Positions 18,927-27,777 are shown, counted from the stretch's first letter. The stretch is 32,000 nt of DNA from Corynebacterium glutamicum ATCC 13032 (GCF_000011325.1 NC_003450.3:2610001-2642000); one strand, 5' to 3'. Notes: generated by a model from the sequence alone, not told the origin. Numbers and translations are program-made.

Positions 18927-20483
18927 ATGACTACTTCACATGCATCACACCCCGATCGGTTGCTGCCAGCTGATCCTGGTACCCGTGACATCGCCCGTCG
19001 CCTACTCGCGCACGTTGAAGATTTACCCATCATCTCCCCTCACGGACACTTGGAAGCTTCCATGTTTGTCAAGGATGAGGCTTTCCCTGATCCAACTAGC
19101 TTGCTGATCAGCCCTGACCACTACCTCACCCGCATGATGCACTCCGCTGGCGTTGACCTGGCAGATCTGCGTGTTGGCGGACATGAGGGTAAGAGTGCTC
19201 GTGAGGCATGGCGCATTTTCATGTCCCACTGGGATCTCTACGCAGGAACCGCAACTGGCTACTGGGTGGAGCAGGAATTTGAGCACGTTTTCGGCATCAA
19301 CGCGGAGCGCCTGAATGTTGGCACCCCAGAACATGCTGACGCCATCTTTGATGAGCTGACCGATATTCTTGCCAAGCCAGATTTCCGACCACGCGCACTG
19401 GCTGAGCAGTTCAACTTGGAAGTTCTAGCCACCACCGACGATCCGCTCGATGACCTGGCAGATCACAAGGCACTGGCAGATGATCCAACCTTCTCCCCTC
19501 GTGTGCTCCCTACCTTCCGCCCAGACGCATACACCAAGATGTACAACGCTGGTTGGGCAGAAAAAACCACCAAGCTTATCGATACCGCAGGTGACGGCAA
19601 GGCAGGCTGGGAGGGTTACCTCCAGGCAATGCGCAACCGCCGCCAGTACTTCATCAATCACGGTGCAACCTCCGCGGACCACGGTCTCCACGACACCGAC
19701 ACCACCCCACTGAGCCACAAAGATGCCCAGAAGATCTTGGACAAGGGTCTCGCTGGCACAGCAACCTTGGCTGAAATGCATGCCTTCGAAGCCAACACCA
19801 CCTACCGTTTCGCGGAAATGTCCCAAGAAGACGGCCTGGTCATGACCATCCACCCAGGTGTGTACCGCAACCACTCCGCATCCGCGCAGAAGAAGTTCGG
19901 GGCTGACATCGGAGCGGACATCCCATTCCAGATGGAATTCACCAACGGTCTGCGCCCACTGCTCAGCGATTTCGGTGAGAACAAAGATCTCATCTCTGAC
20001 AGCAGTTTCAACCGCTGGCTGCGTACGGTTTCCCTCGGATCGACCCAGGATGCCGATATGGCTGCAGCTTCCAACTTGGCAGCCAATTCTAAAATGGCCC
20101 GCCAGAACACCCGCGATATCCTCGACGCAGTCTCTGATGGTGGCGTCATGCTCGGCCGAAACGGTGCCCTAGTGTTGGGACCTGTGGTTGGAACTCTCCA
20201 CATTAAATTCATTGCGCCTTTGAACAAGCGTGTGGAAAGAGTCATGTACAAAACTGGACTCTCAGAAGCTGCTGCAGCTGAGCAATGTGCTTTGGAGGAT
20301 CGTCTCCGCGAAGAGATGGCCCACGCTTTGTATCAATGGAATCCGGGACGCGATGAAAACTATGACCTCGTGATCAACACCGGTTCGATGACATACGAAC
20401 AAATCGTTGATCTAGTTGTGGAAACTTACGCCAGGAAGTATCCGCTCCACGTGAGAATCATTCCGAACGGAAAAGACCAATAA
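18927..20483 (+). CDS. uxaC: Chimeric ORF: uronate isomerase (UxaC) N-terminal ~3/4 fused in frame to the C-terminal part of a cytidylate-kinase-like (PF13189-type) protein
   Basis: The sequence is UxaC-like to about aa 362 of the track ORF (PIISPHGHL, LATTDDP, VMTIHPGV.RN...). After ...DFGENKDLI (nt ~19990) it switches to ...VMLGRNGALVLG...LHIKFIAPLNKRVERVMYKTGLSEAAAAEQCALEDRLREEMAHALYQWNPGRDENYDLVINTGSMTYEQIVDLVV, the Cytidylate_kin2 C-terminal pattern. The start may be GTG 18906 or ATG 18927. Confidence 0.75.
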   Translation: MTTSHASHPDRLLPADPGTRDIARRLLAHVEDLPIISPHGHLEASMFVKDEAFPDPTSLLISPDHYLTRMMHSAGVDLADLRVGGHEGKSAREAWRIFMSHWDLYAGTATGYWVEQEFEHVFGINAERLNVGTPEHADAIFDELTDILAKPDFRPRALAEQFNLEVLATTDDPLDDLADHKALADDPTFSPRVLPTFRPDAYTKMYNAGWAEKTTKLIDTAGDGKAGWEGYLQAMRNRRQYFINHGATSADHGLHDTDTTPLSHKDAQKILDKGLAGTATLAEMHAFEANTTYRFAEMSQEDGLVMTIHPGVYRNHSASAQKKFGADIGADIPFQMEFTNGLRPLLSDFGENKDLISDSSFNRWLRTVSLGSTQDADMAAASNLAANSKMARQNTRDILDAVSDGGVMLGRNGALVLGPVVGTLHIKFIAPLNKRVERVMYKTGLSEAAAAEQCALEDRLREEMAHALYQWNPGRDENYDLVINTGSMTYEQIVDLVVETYARKYPLHVRIIPNGKDQ

Positions 20484-20487
20484 ACAT

Positions 20488-20527
20488 ACAGTCCCCGTGA
20501 TGTGACCATACACACCACGGGGACTGT
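20488..20527 (+). terminator. Perfect 12-bp stem-loop after the uxaC chimera (no U-tract)
   Basis: ACAGTCCCCGTG (20488-20499) pairs with CACGGGGACTGT (20516-20527), with a 16-nt loop. Confidence 0.4.
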
Positions 20528-20636
20528 GGCGTAGGTCTTACAAAATTCCCCAAAAAGAGTTATGATAGTACCAATAAGTTTTTGTGGCAGCCTCCTGCAT
20601 TCGGCAGTCGAGACGCCACCAAAGAAAGGATAAGAC

Positions 20637-21140
20637 ATGTCAGCAGCCGAAGGCTTACATATTGTCGTCATGGGCGTTTCTGGCTGCGGCAAATCCTCCG
20701 TCGGTAAAGCCCTAGCAGCGGAGCTCGGAATCGAATACAAAGACGGCGACGAACTTCACCCCCAGGAAAACATCGACAAGATGGCCTCCGGCCAGGCACT
20801 TGACGACGACGACCGTGCATGGTGGCTAGTCCAGGTTGGCAAGTGGCTCCGCGACCGACCAAGCGGCGTCATCGCATGCTCCGCCCTCAAGCGCTCCTAC
20901 CGCGATCTCCTGCGCACCAAATGCCCAGGAACCGTCTTCGTCCACCTCCACGGCGACTACGATCTCCTACTTTCCCGCATGAAGGCCCGCGAAGATCACT
21001 TCATGCCATCCACCTTGCTAGATTCCCAATTTGCAACCCTCGAGCCGCTCGAAGATGACGAAGATGGCAAGGTTTTCGACGTTGCCCACACCATCAGCGA
21101 ACTGGCCGCCCAATCTGCAGAGTGGGTTCGCAACAAATAA
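20637..21140 (+). CDS. gntK: Gluconokinase
   Basis: 167 aa with P-loop GVSGCGKSSVG and the GntK-type motifs DGDELHP..N..KM..G..L.D.DR.PWL and ACSALKR.YR. Confidence 0.9.
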   Translation: MSAAEGLHIVVMGVSGCGKSSVGKALAAELGIEYKDGDELHPQENIDKMASGQALDDDDRAWWLVQVGKWLRDRPSGVIACSALKRSYRDLLRTKCPGTVFVHLHGDYDLLLSRMKAREDHFMPSTLLDSQFATLEPLEDDEDGKVFDVAHTISELAAQSAEWVRNK

Positions 21141-21270
21141 ACCCCTAACCCATATTAGAACAAGGATTTGTGCGCTTTTTCCTGTTCTGGTGTGGCTTTT
21201 CCTCACATCTAACAATCGAATAACTGTTCGAATAAAAGGTTGAAGGTGTCCCACCCCCACGGCACAATGG

Positions 21271-22470
21271 ATGGCAAGAACACATGAATCCAGGGGGATA
21301 CTCATGACCACTGACATCTACTTCAGCCACAACAACCCACACGACCCATACGCCCACCACACCACCGAACTCAACCGCGACACCCACCACCTCTGGGTCA
21401 CCCTCACCACCGACTCCAACGACTTCGACGCAGACTCCTTCACCACCGAAGTCATCCGGATCACCGGCTACTCCCGCCACGAAGTCAACAACGGCCTTAA
21501 CGCCATGGCTGCGATGACCAACCTCCCACACCTACGCGCCATCCAAGAACGCTACTACTTCCTGAGCATCCGCTACCTCGCCTCCATCATGATCGCCGTG
21601 GCCAAAGCAGACCCCACCCTGTGGGAAGAACTCGACCTGCGCATCACCGACGCCTTAACACCAGTCACCGCAGGGGAAGTCATGATCCAATCCTCCACCC
21701 TGTCCAAACGCATCGCCGCCTGGATCAAAGAACTCGACCCCGAACCCACACCAGAGCCCACACCGAAAGAGGACTATGTTCACGTCCACACCACTGATGA
21801 GGCGACCTATGTCCGCATCAAAATCAGCGGCCCCAACCGCCTGATCCTCAATGACATCATCACCCAACTCAAAGACACAGACACCGAGGACAGCCTGCCT
21901 GAAGCGCTCATGGCGTTCCTGACAGAGAAAATCCAGTTAAAGATCACCAAATACCTCTTCACCCCACATAAGCACCCTGAGCAGGTGTGGTCACCGGACT
22001 ACGGTGACATTGATCCCGAAGCCTATGCCAACGCCACCCTCGTGTGCGCCAAGGACTTAGATGAGCTCGCTGGAGCCACGGAGAAGAGCTACACCCCGAG
22101 TGAGAAGATGAAAGCCCTGATCAGAGCTCGGGATGGGCATTGCCGCTTCCCAGGGTGTTGCGTTCCGGCGAGTAAGTGCCAGGTCGATCACATTATCCCG
22201 TGGGCGGAGGGCGGCCCGACAGCGGCGTGGAACCTGCAGTTGTTGTGCCAGCGGCATCACAATATGAAAACCGATGGTCGCTTTACTGCTGATGCTAATG
22301 GATTGGCGGAGATTAGATGGATTGGGCCGATGGATGTACCAGCGGTGACCAGGCCGACGGGTCCGTTGGTGAAAGCGATGCCGCGGGGGATTTGGGGTCA
22401 GGTGTTGAGGGATCGGATCCAGGCTAGGTTTGAGCGGATCCGCGACCGCGCCCTCAACAAAGAAGACTAG
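21271..22470 (+). CDS. DUF222 + HNH endonuclease (REP13E12-like family)
   Basis: The C-terminal HNH region is RARDGHCRFPGCCVPASKCQVDHIIPWAEGGPTAAWNLQLLCQRHHNMKT. The long N-terminal region is typical of actinobacterial DUF222 proteins. The start may be ATG 21304 (AGGGGGA 5 nt upstream) rather than 21271. Confidence 0.8.
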   Translation: MARTHESRGILMTTDIYFSHNNPHDPYAHHTTELNRDTHHLWVTLTTDSNDFDADSFTTEVIRITGYSRHEVNNGLNAMAAMTNLPHLRAIQERYYFLSIRYLASIMIAVAKADPTLWEELDLRITDALTPVTAGEVMIQSSTLSKRIAAWIKELDPEPTPEPTPKEDYVHVHTTDEATYVRIKISGPNRLILNDIITQLKDTDTEDSLPEALMAFLTEKIQLKITKYLFTPHKHPEQVWSPDYGDIDPEAYANATLVCAKDLDELAGATEKSYTPSEKMKALIRARDGHCRFPGCCVPASKCQVDHIIPWAEGGPTAAWNLQLLCQRHHNMKTDGRFTADANGLAEIRWIGPMDVPAVTRPTGPLVKAMPRGIWGQVLRDRIQARFERIRDRALNKED

Positions 22471-22543
22471 AAGCGCACAGGTTTTTGCATGGCTAGACTT
22501 TGAATGAGTAAGCACCAACACATTTCAAAGGAAGGGTTTCACC

Positions 22544-23104
22544 ATGGCACGCGCACTCATTCTGGTTGATGTTCAAAAAGACTTCTGCCCCGGTGGCAGC
22601 CTAGCCACCGAACGAGGCGATGAAGTGGCGGGAAAAATCGGTGCCTATCAGCTGTCCCACGGCTCAGAGTACGACGTCGTTGTGGCGACCCAAGATTGGC
22701 ACATCGATCCAGGCGAGCACTTTTCAGAAACCCCAGACTTTAAAAACTCCTGGCCAATCCACTGCGTCGCGGATTCCGATGGTGCCGCCATGCATGACCG
22801 CATCAACACCGATTCAATCGATGAGTTCTTCCGCAAAGGCCATTACACCGCGGCGTATTCCGGGTTCGAGGGAACTGCAGTCAGTGAAGAACTCCTCATG
22901 TCTCCATGGCTGAAGAACAAGGGAGTCACTGATGTAGACATCGTAGGGATCGCTACGGATCACTGCGTTCGAGCCACAGCACTTGATGCTCTCAAGGAGG
23001 GCTTCAACGTCTCCATTTTGACGTCGATGTGTTCTGCGGTGGATTTCCATGCGGGAGACCACGCTTTGGAGGAACTACATGAAGCCGGGGCGATTCTGAT
23101 TTAA
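22544..23104 (+). CDS. pncA: Nicotinamidase / pyrazinamidase (isochorismatase family)
   Basis: MARALILVDVQKDFCPGGSLA...ATQDWH...HC...GIATDHCV. The catalytic Asp/Lys/Cys and metal-binding Asp/His pattern fits PncA. Confidence 0.9.
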   Translation: MARALILVDVQKDFCPGGSLATERGDEVAGKIGAYQLSHGSEYDVVVATQDWHIDPGEHFSETPDFKNSWPIHCVADSDGAAMHDRINTDSIDEFFRKGHYTAAYSGFEGTAVSEELLMSPWLKNKGVTDVDIVGIATDHCVRATALDALKEGFNVSILTSMCSAVDFHAGDHALEELHEAGAILI

Positions 23105-23143
23105 AGAAACCTTAAACCACGAAACGCCCCGTCGAAAAGCAAT

Positions 23144-23419
23144 TTAACGCTCGGAGAGCAGGCGCTGGATTTCCTTCAGATCGTTTGCCTTCTTACGGCC
23201 ACGCACAACGCTGAATACAACAGCACCGACGACGACAGCAGCGACGCCCAGGAGCACCTTCTGTACGTTTGATTCCTGCAGCTTCGCGGTTGCCTGGTTC
23301 TTGGCGTCATCGACCAAGTTGGAAGGCTTGCTGCGGTCTGCCAGCTCGTCGAGGGTGGAAGCCAACTGACGGCGGGTGCGCTCAATATCGCGCTGGATGT
23401 CTTCAATGTTGCGTGCCAC
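23144..23419 (-). CDS. DUF3618-like small membrane-anchored protein
   Basis: The N-terminal coiled segment is ARNIEDIQRDIERTRRQLASTLDELADRSKP, with one C-terminal TM helix VLLGVAAVVVGAVVFSVV. I prefer GTG 23419 (AGGAG 6 nt upstream) to the track start at 23452. Confidence 0.6.
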   Translation of the reverse strand: MARNIEDIQRDIERTRRQLASTLDELADRSKPSNLVDDAKNQATAKLQESNVQKVLLGVAAVVVGAVVFSVVRGRKKANDLKEIQRLLSER

Positions 23420-23591
23420 TGCGCTACTCCTGATTGGTGTATCTGTGATCAACTAAAAAATTTAACGCGTCATGAAAACCCGTTACTGGGAGTCCATATT
23501 ACTGAACACTTGCGCGCGAGGTGCACCAGTCCCCGAATTCACCCCATATGCAAGGTATCTACATCGAAGAGCACCGGCTATTGTGGAGTGC

Positions 23592-24068
23592 ATGACTGAA
23601 GTGAAGCGCCTTGACGTTGGAGATACCCCACCCGCATTTTCATTGCCTAATGATTCGGGTTCGACCACCTCACTTAGTGATTTCGCCGGAAAGCAAGTTC
23701 TGGTGTACTTCTACCCCAAAGCCAACACCCCAGGTTGCACCAAGGAAGCATGCGATTTCCGTGATTCTTTGAGCAACCTCAACGATCTCGACATTGCTGT
23801 TGTTGGCATTTCCCCGGATCCGGTGGACAAGCTGGTGAAGTTCCGTGAGGACCATGAGCTGAACTTCCCTCTTCTTTCCGATGAGGACAAGTCTGTGATG
23901 ACTGCGTGGGGTGCGTTTGGTGAGAAGAAGAATTACGGCAAGATTGTTCAGGGTGTAATTCGTTCCACATTCCTCATCAATGCTGACGGAACTGTTGGCA
24001 TGGCGAAGTACAATGTTCGTGCAACTGGTCACGTGGAGCGCATCGTCCGCGAAATCACCGCGGCGTAA
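23592..24068 (+). CDS. bcp: Peroxiredoxin Bcp (thiol peroxidase)
   Basis: From ATG 23592 the protein reads MTEVKRLDVGDTPPAFSLPNDSG...VLVYFYPKANTPGCTKEACDFRD (PxxxTxxC motif). The track ORF start at 23472 adds an implausible 40 codons. Confidence 0.9.
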   Translation: MTEVKRLDVGDTPPAFSLPNDSGSTTSLSDFAGKQVLVYFYPKANTPGCTKEACDFRDSLSNLNDLDIAVVGISPDPVDKLVKFREDHELNFPLLSDEDKSVMTAWGAFGEKKNYGKIVQGVIRSTFLINADGTVGMAKYNVRATGHVERIVREITAA

Positions 24069-24089
24069 TAGCACCAGCTTAAAAACCTT

Positions 24090-24755
24090 ATGACATCAGA
24101 CAAAGACACTGAACAATTGGAAGCGGCAGGCACTGAAATTTTAATGCCTCGCCGCCGTCCGGCACAGCAGCGCAGTCGTGAACGATTCAATCGAATCCTC
24201 ACCGCTGCGCGTTCAGTGCTTGTCGATCTAGGTTTTGAATCGTTCACGTTTGATGAAGTCGCTAAGCGTGCAGAGGTACCGATCGGCACGCTGTACCAAT
24301 TCTTTGCCAATAAGTATGTATTGATCTGCGAATTGGATCGTGTGGATACCGCAGAAGCTGTCGCGGAGTTGAAGAAATTCTCCGATCAGGTTCCTGCGTT
24401 GCAGTGGCCGGATATCCTTGATGAATTCATTGAGCACTTGGCTAGGCTCTGGCGCGATGATCCGTCTCGGCGGGCCGTGTGGCATGCCATCCAGTCCACG
24501 CCGGCAACTCGTGCGACAGCTGCGGCGACGGAAAAAGAGATGCTGGAAATCATCGCGGAAGTTATGCGCCCGCTTGCCCGCGGTGCCGGCTACGAGGAGC
24601 GCATGTCACTGGCGGGATTGCTGGTGCACACGGTAAGTTCCCTGCTTAACTATGCCGTGCGTGATGTCAATAGTTCCGAAGAGGATTTCGACAGCATCGT
24701 GGAAGAAATCAAACGAATGCTGATTTCTTACCTCTTCTCCGTGGCTACTGGATAG
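24090..24755 (+). CDS. fasR: TetR-family transcriptional regulator (position and sequence fit C. glutamicum FasR, regulator of fatty-acid synthesis genes)
   Basis: The TetR HTH is FTFDEVAKRAEVPIGTLYQFFANKYVL. It sits between bcp and acpS, near fasA. The symbol comes from my memory of the C. glutamicum locus order. Confidence 0.75.
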   Translation: MTSDKDTEQLEAAGTEILMPRRRPAQQRSRERFNRILTAARSVLVDLGFESFTFDEVAKRAEVPIGTLYQFFANKYVLICELDRVDTAEAVAELKKFSDQVPALQWPDILDEFIEHLARLWRDDPSRRAVWHAIQSTPATRATAAATEKEMLEIIAEVMRPLARGAGYEERMSLAGLLVHTVSSLLNYAVRDVNSSEEDFDSIVEEIKRMLISYLFSVATG

Positions 24756-25152
24756 TCAACACGCACGTCGCCACCGCGTAGTCGCCGTCGTGGCTGATGC
24801 TCAAGCTGCTGGAAAACTCCCCGATGGATTCCCGGACCACTGCGGCCAATTCGGGCGCCAATTCGATCGCGACGCGCCCCCACGCGTCTGCGCGAACTTC
24901 GATGTCCCGCCACACCACGGCTTCTTCGGCGATCACGGGTGGCTGGCCATAAATGGCCTGTGACCAGGCCTTAATAAAGGATTCTTTTGCCGCCCACCGC
25001 CCCGCCAAATGCTCGGCGTAGCGGCTTGCCTGGCGTTCATTTGCTTTACGACGCTCCCCTGCGGAAAACACCTCCATGAAGGAACTTCCCGGCTGTGCAA
25101 GCTGCTCTGCGAACGCCGAAATGTGAACGAGGTCGGTTCCAATGCTGATCAT
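24745..25152 (-). CDS. acpS: Holo-[acyl-carrier-protein] synthase (4'-phosphopantetheinyl transferase)
   Basis: 135 aa. MISIGTDLVHISAF...KESFIKAW...SISHDGDYAVATCVL is the classic AcpS pattern. It overlaps the fasR 3' end by 11 nt, convergently. Confidence 0.9.
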   Translation of the reverse strand: MISIGTDLVHISAFAEQLAQPGSSFMEVFSAGERRKANERQASRYAEHLAGRWAAKESFIKAWSQAIYGQPPVIAEEAVVWRDIEVRADAWGRVAIELAPELAAVVRESIGEFSSSLSISHDGDYAVATCVLTIQ

Positions 25153-25162
25153 GCGACCTAGC

Positions 25163-26590
25163 TTAGCGGGCTGGCCTCTTTACAAAGAAGCCCACGATCA
25201 GTGCAAACACTGCCACGCACGCTGAGGCGAAGAATGCAGAGTTGGCGCCGTCGGCGAGGGCGGTTTGTTGGGTTGCGCCGTCGATAAGCGCGTTGTTGCT
25301 GACGGTGGAATAAACCGCAATCATGACCGCGGTGCCTGCGGCGCCGGCGAGCTGTTGGAGGGTGTTGAGGATCGCGGAGCCGTGGCCGTACATGTTGTCG
25401 GGGACGGATGCGAGCGCGACTGTCATCAGTGGGGTGAACAGCAGCGCAAGGCCGATGGAGAACACGATGTGTACGCCGATGATGAACCACACGTTGGCGA
25501 ACTCATCGACGGTGGACAGTGCAAACAGGGAGATCACAACGAGTGACATACCGCCGATCACGAGTCCGCGTGGACCATGACGATCATAAATTCGACCCAC
25601 AAATGGCGACAGCACACCTTCCAAAAGACCACCTGGCAACAGCACTAGACCCGCGACCAAGGCGGTGACCATCAAGGATCCCTGCAGGTAGAGCGGCAGT
25701 GTATTCATGACACCGAGCAGCGCACCGAACAGCGTCAAAAGCACAACCAGCGGAATGGTGTACTCACGAATCGCCAACGGACGCAGATCCAACAGCGCCT
25801 TATCCTGCTTACCCATGGCAATCTGGCGCCACACAAACACCACCAACGCAATGATGCCGACAGCCAACACGACCAAAGCGCTTCTGTCACCTTCCAAAAT
25901 GATGCCAATCGAGCTCAAGGCGTACACAAGGCCACCGAAAGCCACTGCGGAAATCAGGAAGGAAATAACATCCAAAGGAGTCTTTTTAGGCTCACTGACG
26001 TTGGTCAGACGCAGGGTACCGATCAGGCTTGCCACAAACACCAACGGAACCATGACCCAGAAAATCGCGTGCCACGAAGACAAGCTGAGTACGAAACCAG
26101 CCACACTAGGTCCAAGAGCAGGACCAACGGCCATCACGACCGCAATCAAACCCATGACGGCGCCACGGCGCTCTGGAGGAACAACGGTCATCGCGACAGT
26201 CATCAGCAGCGGCATGATCACAGCGGTACCAATCGCCTGAGCGACGCGGGCTGCAAGCATAATCGCAAAAGTAGGAGACAACGCAGCCGTCACAGTACCG
26301 ATCAGGAAGACCACCGTGGCGAAAATAAACACACTACGAGTGGTAAAACGTTCCAACATCCAACCAGTAGCTGGAAGAACCACAGCCATGGTCAACATAA
26401 AACCAGTGAGCAACCACTGCGCAGTATTCGCCTCAATGTCAAAGTCCGCCATGATCGACGGCAACGCGACTGCCAGAGTAGTCTCATTCAACATCATGAC
26501 AAAGGCTGTAAAAACTAATACAGCCAAGATGATGACAACATTTCTCGGGATCCCAACCTGCTCCGTTGTGGGATTGCTGGAGGAAGACAA
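25163..26590 (-). CDS. MFS transporter (DHA2/EmrB-like, about 14 TM)
   Basis: 475 aa, highly hydrophobic throughout with MFS-type loops (e.g. PERRGAVMG). TTG start with AAGGAG 8 nt upstream. The stop lies 10 nt before the acpS start, so the two are probably co-transcribed. Confidence 0.85.
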   Translation of the reverse strand: MSSSSNPTTEQVGIPRNVVIILAVLVFTAFVMMLNETTLAVALPSIMADFDIEANTAQWLLTGFMLTMAVVLPATGWMLERFTTRSVFIFATVVFLIGTVTAALSPTFAIMLAARVAQAIGTAVIMPLLMTVAMTVVPPERRGAVMGLIAVVMAVGPALGPSVAGFVLSLSSWHAIFWVMVPLVFVASLIGTLRLTNVSEPKKTPLDVISFLISAVAFGGLVYALSSIGIILEGDRSALVVLAVGIIALVVFVWRQIAMGKQDKALLDLRPLAIREYTIPLVVLLTLFGALLGVMNTLPLYLQGSLMVTALVAGLVLLPGGLLEGVLSPFVGRIYDRHGPRGLVIGGMSLVVISLFALSTVDEFANVWFIIGVHIVFSIGLALLFTPLMTVALASVPDNMYGHGSAILNTLQQLAGAAGTAVMIAVYSTVSNNALIDGATQQTALADGANSAFFASACVAVFALIVGFFVKRPAR

Positions 26591-26845
26591 GGCTCCAGCT
26601 CCTTTCTCGAATCAAAGGGCGCTATCGCGAGGTAAATGCATACCGCCCCAGTTCCTGCATCGTGCAGAAAACGGGGCGGATACTTGCTTAGGAAACATTA
26701 TCAACAATTAGTGCATGCACACATTCTTGTGTGTGATTTCACTGGCAATAGTGTTTGTGAGGTTTTGTGGGCTTAGCAAAGCCCTGAATGCTCGCATGAC
26801 TGAGGCACCCCAAGATGAGCTGCTTGAATTTGGTAATTTTGAGAA

Positions 26846-27172
26846 GTGACCTCAACTAACAAGCAGATGCGAAAAGCAGTCATTTTCCTACTTTTCCTGC
26901 TTGGATTAGTTATCGGATTTTTTCTTCGCTATAGTCTGGTCCCACTCGAATCAGTTCTTGAACAGAAATTGTTGTGGCTTTTAGGATTCTTCATCCACCA
27001 GGCAATCTTGTTCAGCGTTGTAGTTGGCACAGCTATAGTTCTGTACCGTTATCGTCGGGGGCATTATGCTATCCGTGCTCTGGGATGGGGAATTTGGGCA
27101 GGGTTCCTGATTTCTAACCTCTTTTTTATGGCGTTGATTCTAGCTGTGGCTTTAGGTGGACTTACTCCCTGA
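26846..27172 (+). CDS. Hypothetical membrane protein (3 predicted TM helices)
   Basis: 108 aa with hydrophobic spans VIFLLFLLGLVIGFF, LLWLLGFFIHQAILFSVVVGTAIVLY and WGIWAGFLISNLFFMALILAVAL. No recognisable family. The local sequence is AT-rich. Confidence 0.45.
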   Translation: MTSTNKQMRKAVIFLLFLLGLVIGFFLRYSLVPLESVLEQKLLWLLGFFIHQAILFSVVVGTAIVLYRYRRGHYAIRALGWGIWAGFLISNLFFMALILAVALGGLTP

Positions 27173-27237
27173 TAAAAAGAAAATGTAATTAGTCCCCGGA
27201 AGCACGATTCTTTCTGCTCACACGGGAATTGCGCACG

Positions 27238-27654
27238 CTAGTTTAAAACTCCTGACACCTGATCCAATGAGATAGCTCTGCTACCCGGGTTGTGAGTTGG
27301 GGATACTCGACCTGCAGTCATACCTAGCAGCGCAGCTTGGGTGAGAGCGGAAATAGCGGATCGAACTTTGGGCTCTAAGTCTTGTTGGGCTTGCACTAGA
27401 TAGCGACGCTGTTGAGCAATTTGAATTGCAGTGTCCAGTTCGGGGTGGGAATCTGTAGGAACCGACCAAGAGATGGTCAGTGAGCTTTCCGCACCTTCGG
27501 GGAGATCTTCAGCTAGAGCAATGGCTTCCCGGCCGTTGCGATCAAGGTTGGCGAAGGTTGTCGCCCACGTGGATACGCCTTCGAGATTGGTGACGGTGGC
27601 GAGCCAGTCCTCGCTTTCACGAGAGACATCGACGTTGTATTTCATCGCAACCAT
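27238..27654 (-). CDS. hicB: HicB-like antitoxin
   Basis: The N-terminal MKYNVDVSRESEDWLATVTNLEGVSTWATTFANLDRNGREAIALAEDLP matches the HicB partial RNase-H-like fold pattern (Y.v....e.dG.y.a.vp.lpG..t.G.t..ea....reai). Its start overlaps the stop of the upstream hicA remnant (ATGA-type overlap). Confidence 0.6.
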   Translation of the reverse strand: MVAMKYNVDVSRESEDWLATVTNLEGVSTWATTFANLDRNGREAIALAEDLPEGAESSLTISWSVPTDSHPELDTAIQIAQQRRYLVQAQQDLEPKVRSAISALTQAALLGMTAGRVSPTHNPGSRAISLDQVSGVLN

Positions 27655-27777
27655 CCTTTTCCCAATACTGGTTCCATCCGTTTTTCTATCTGGATCAAGG
27701 TGCCGGTGGGAATGTCACCTCGTTACGAATAGCACTCCATCGTTGGTTAGCTTCTTAGTAACTTCACTGACCCTCAT
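27642..27777 (-). pseudogene. hicA: hicA toxin remnant (internal deletion plus frameshift)
   Basis: ATG 27777 gives MRVSEVTKKLTNDGVLFVTR then TGA. The +1 frame continues GDIPTGTLIQIEKRMEPVLGKGWLR, ending at the TGA that overlaps the hicB start. The ends resemble HicA (M+..E.i+.L...Gw.lvR ... lp.GTl..Ilkq), but the central G-S-H-containing segment is missing. Confidence 0.45.

Noticed and set aside
21145-21531. 128-aa minus-strand ORF upstream of and inside the HNH gene
   Set aside because: It is antisense to the DUF222-HNH ORF. The Gly/Val-rich repetitive product mirrors the C-rich codons of the sense strand.
25265-26711. Several plus-strand ORFs (25265, 25323, 25707, 26069, 26316)
   Set aside because: All are antisense to the continuous 475-aa MFS transporter ORF, whose hydrophobicity pattern is unambiguous.
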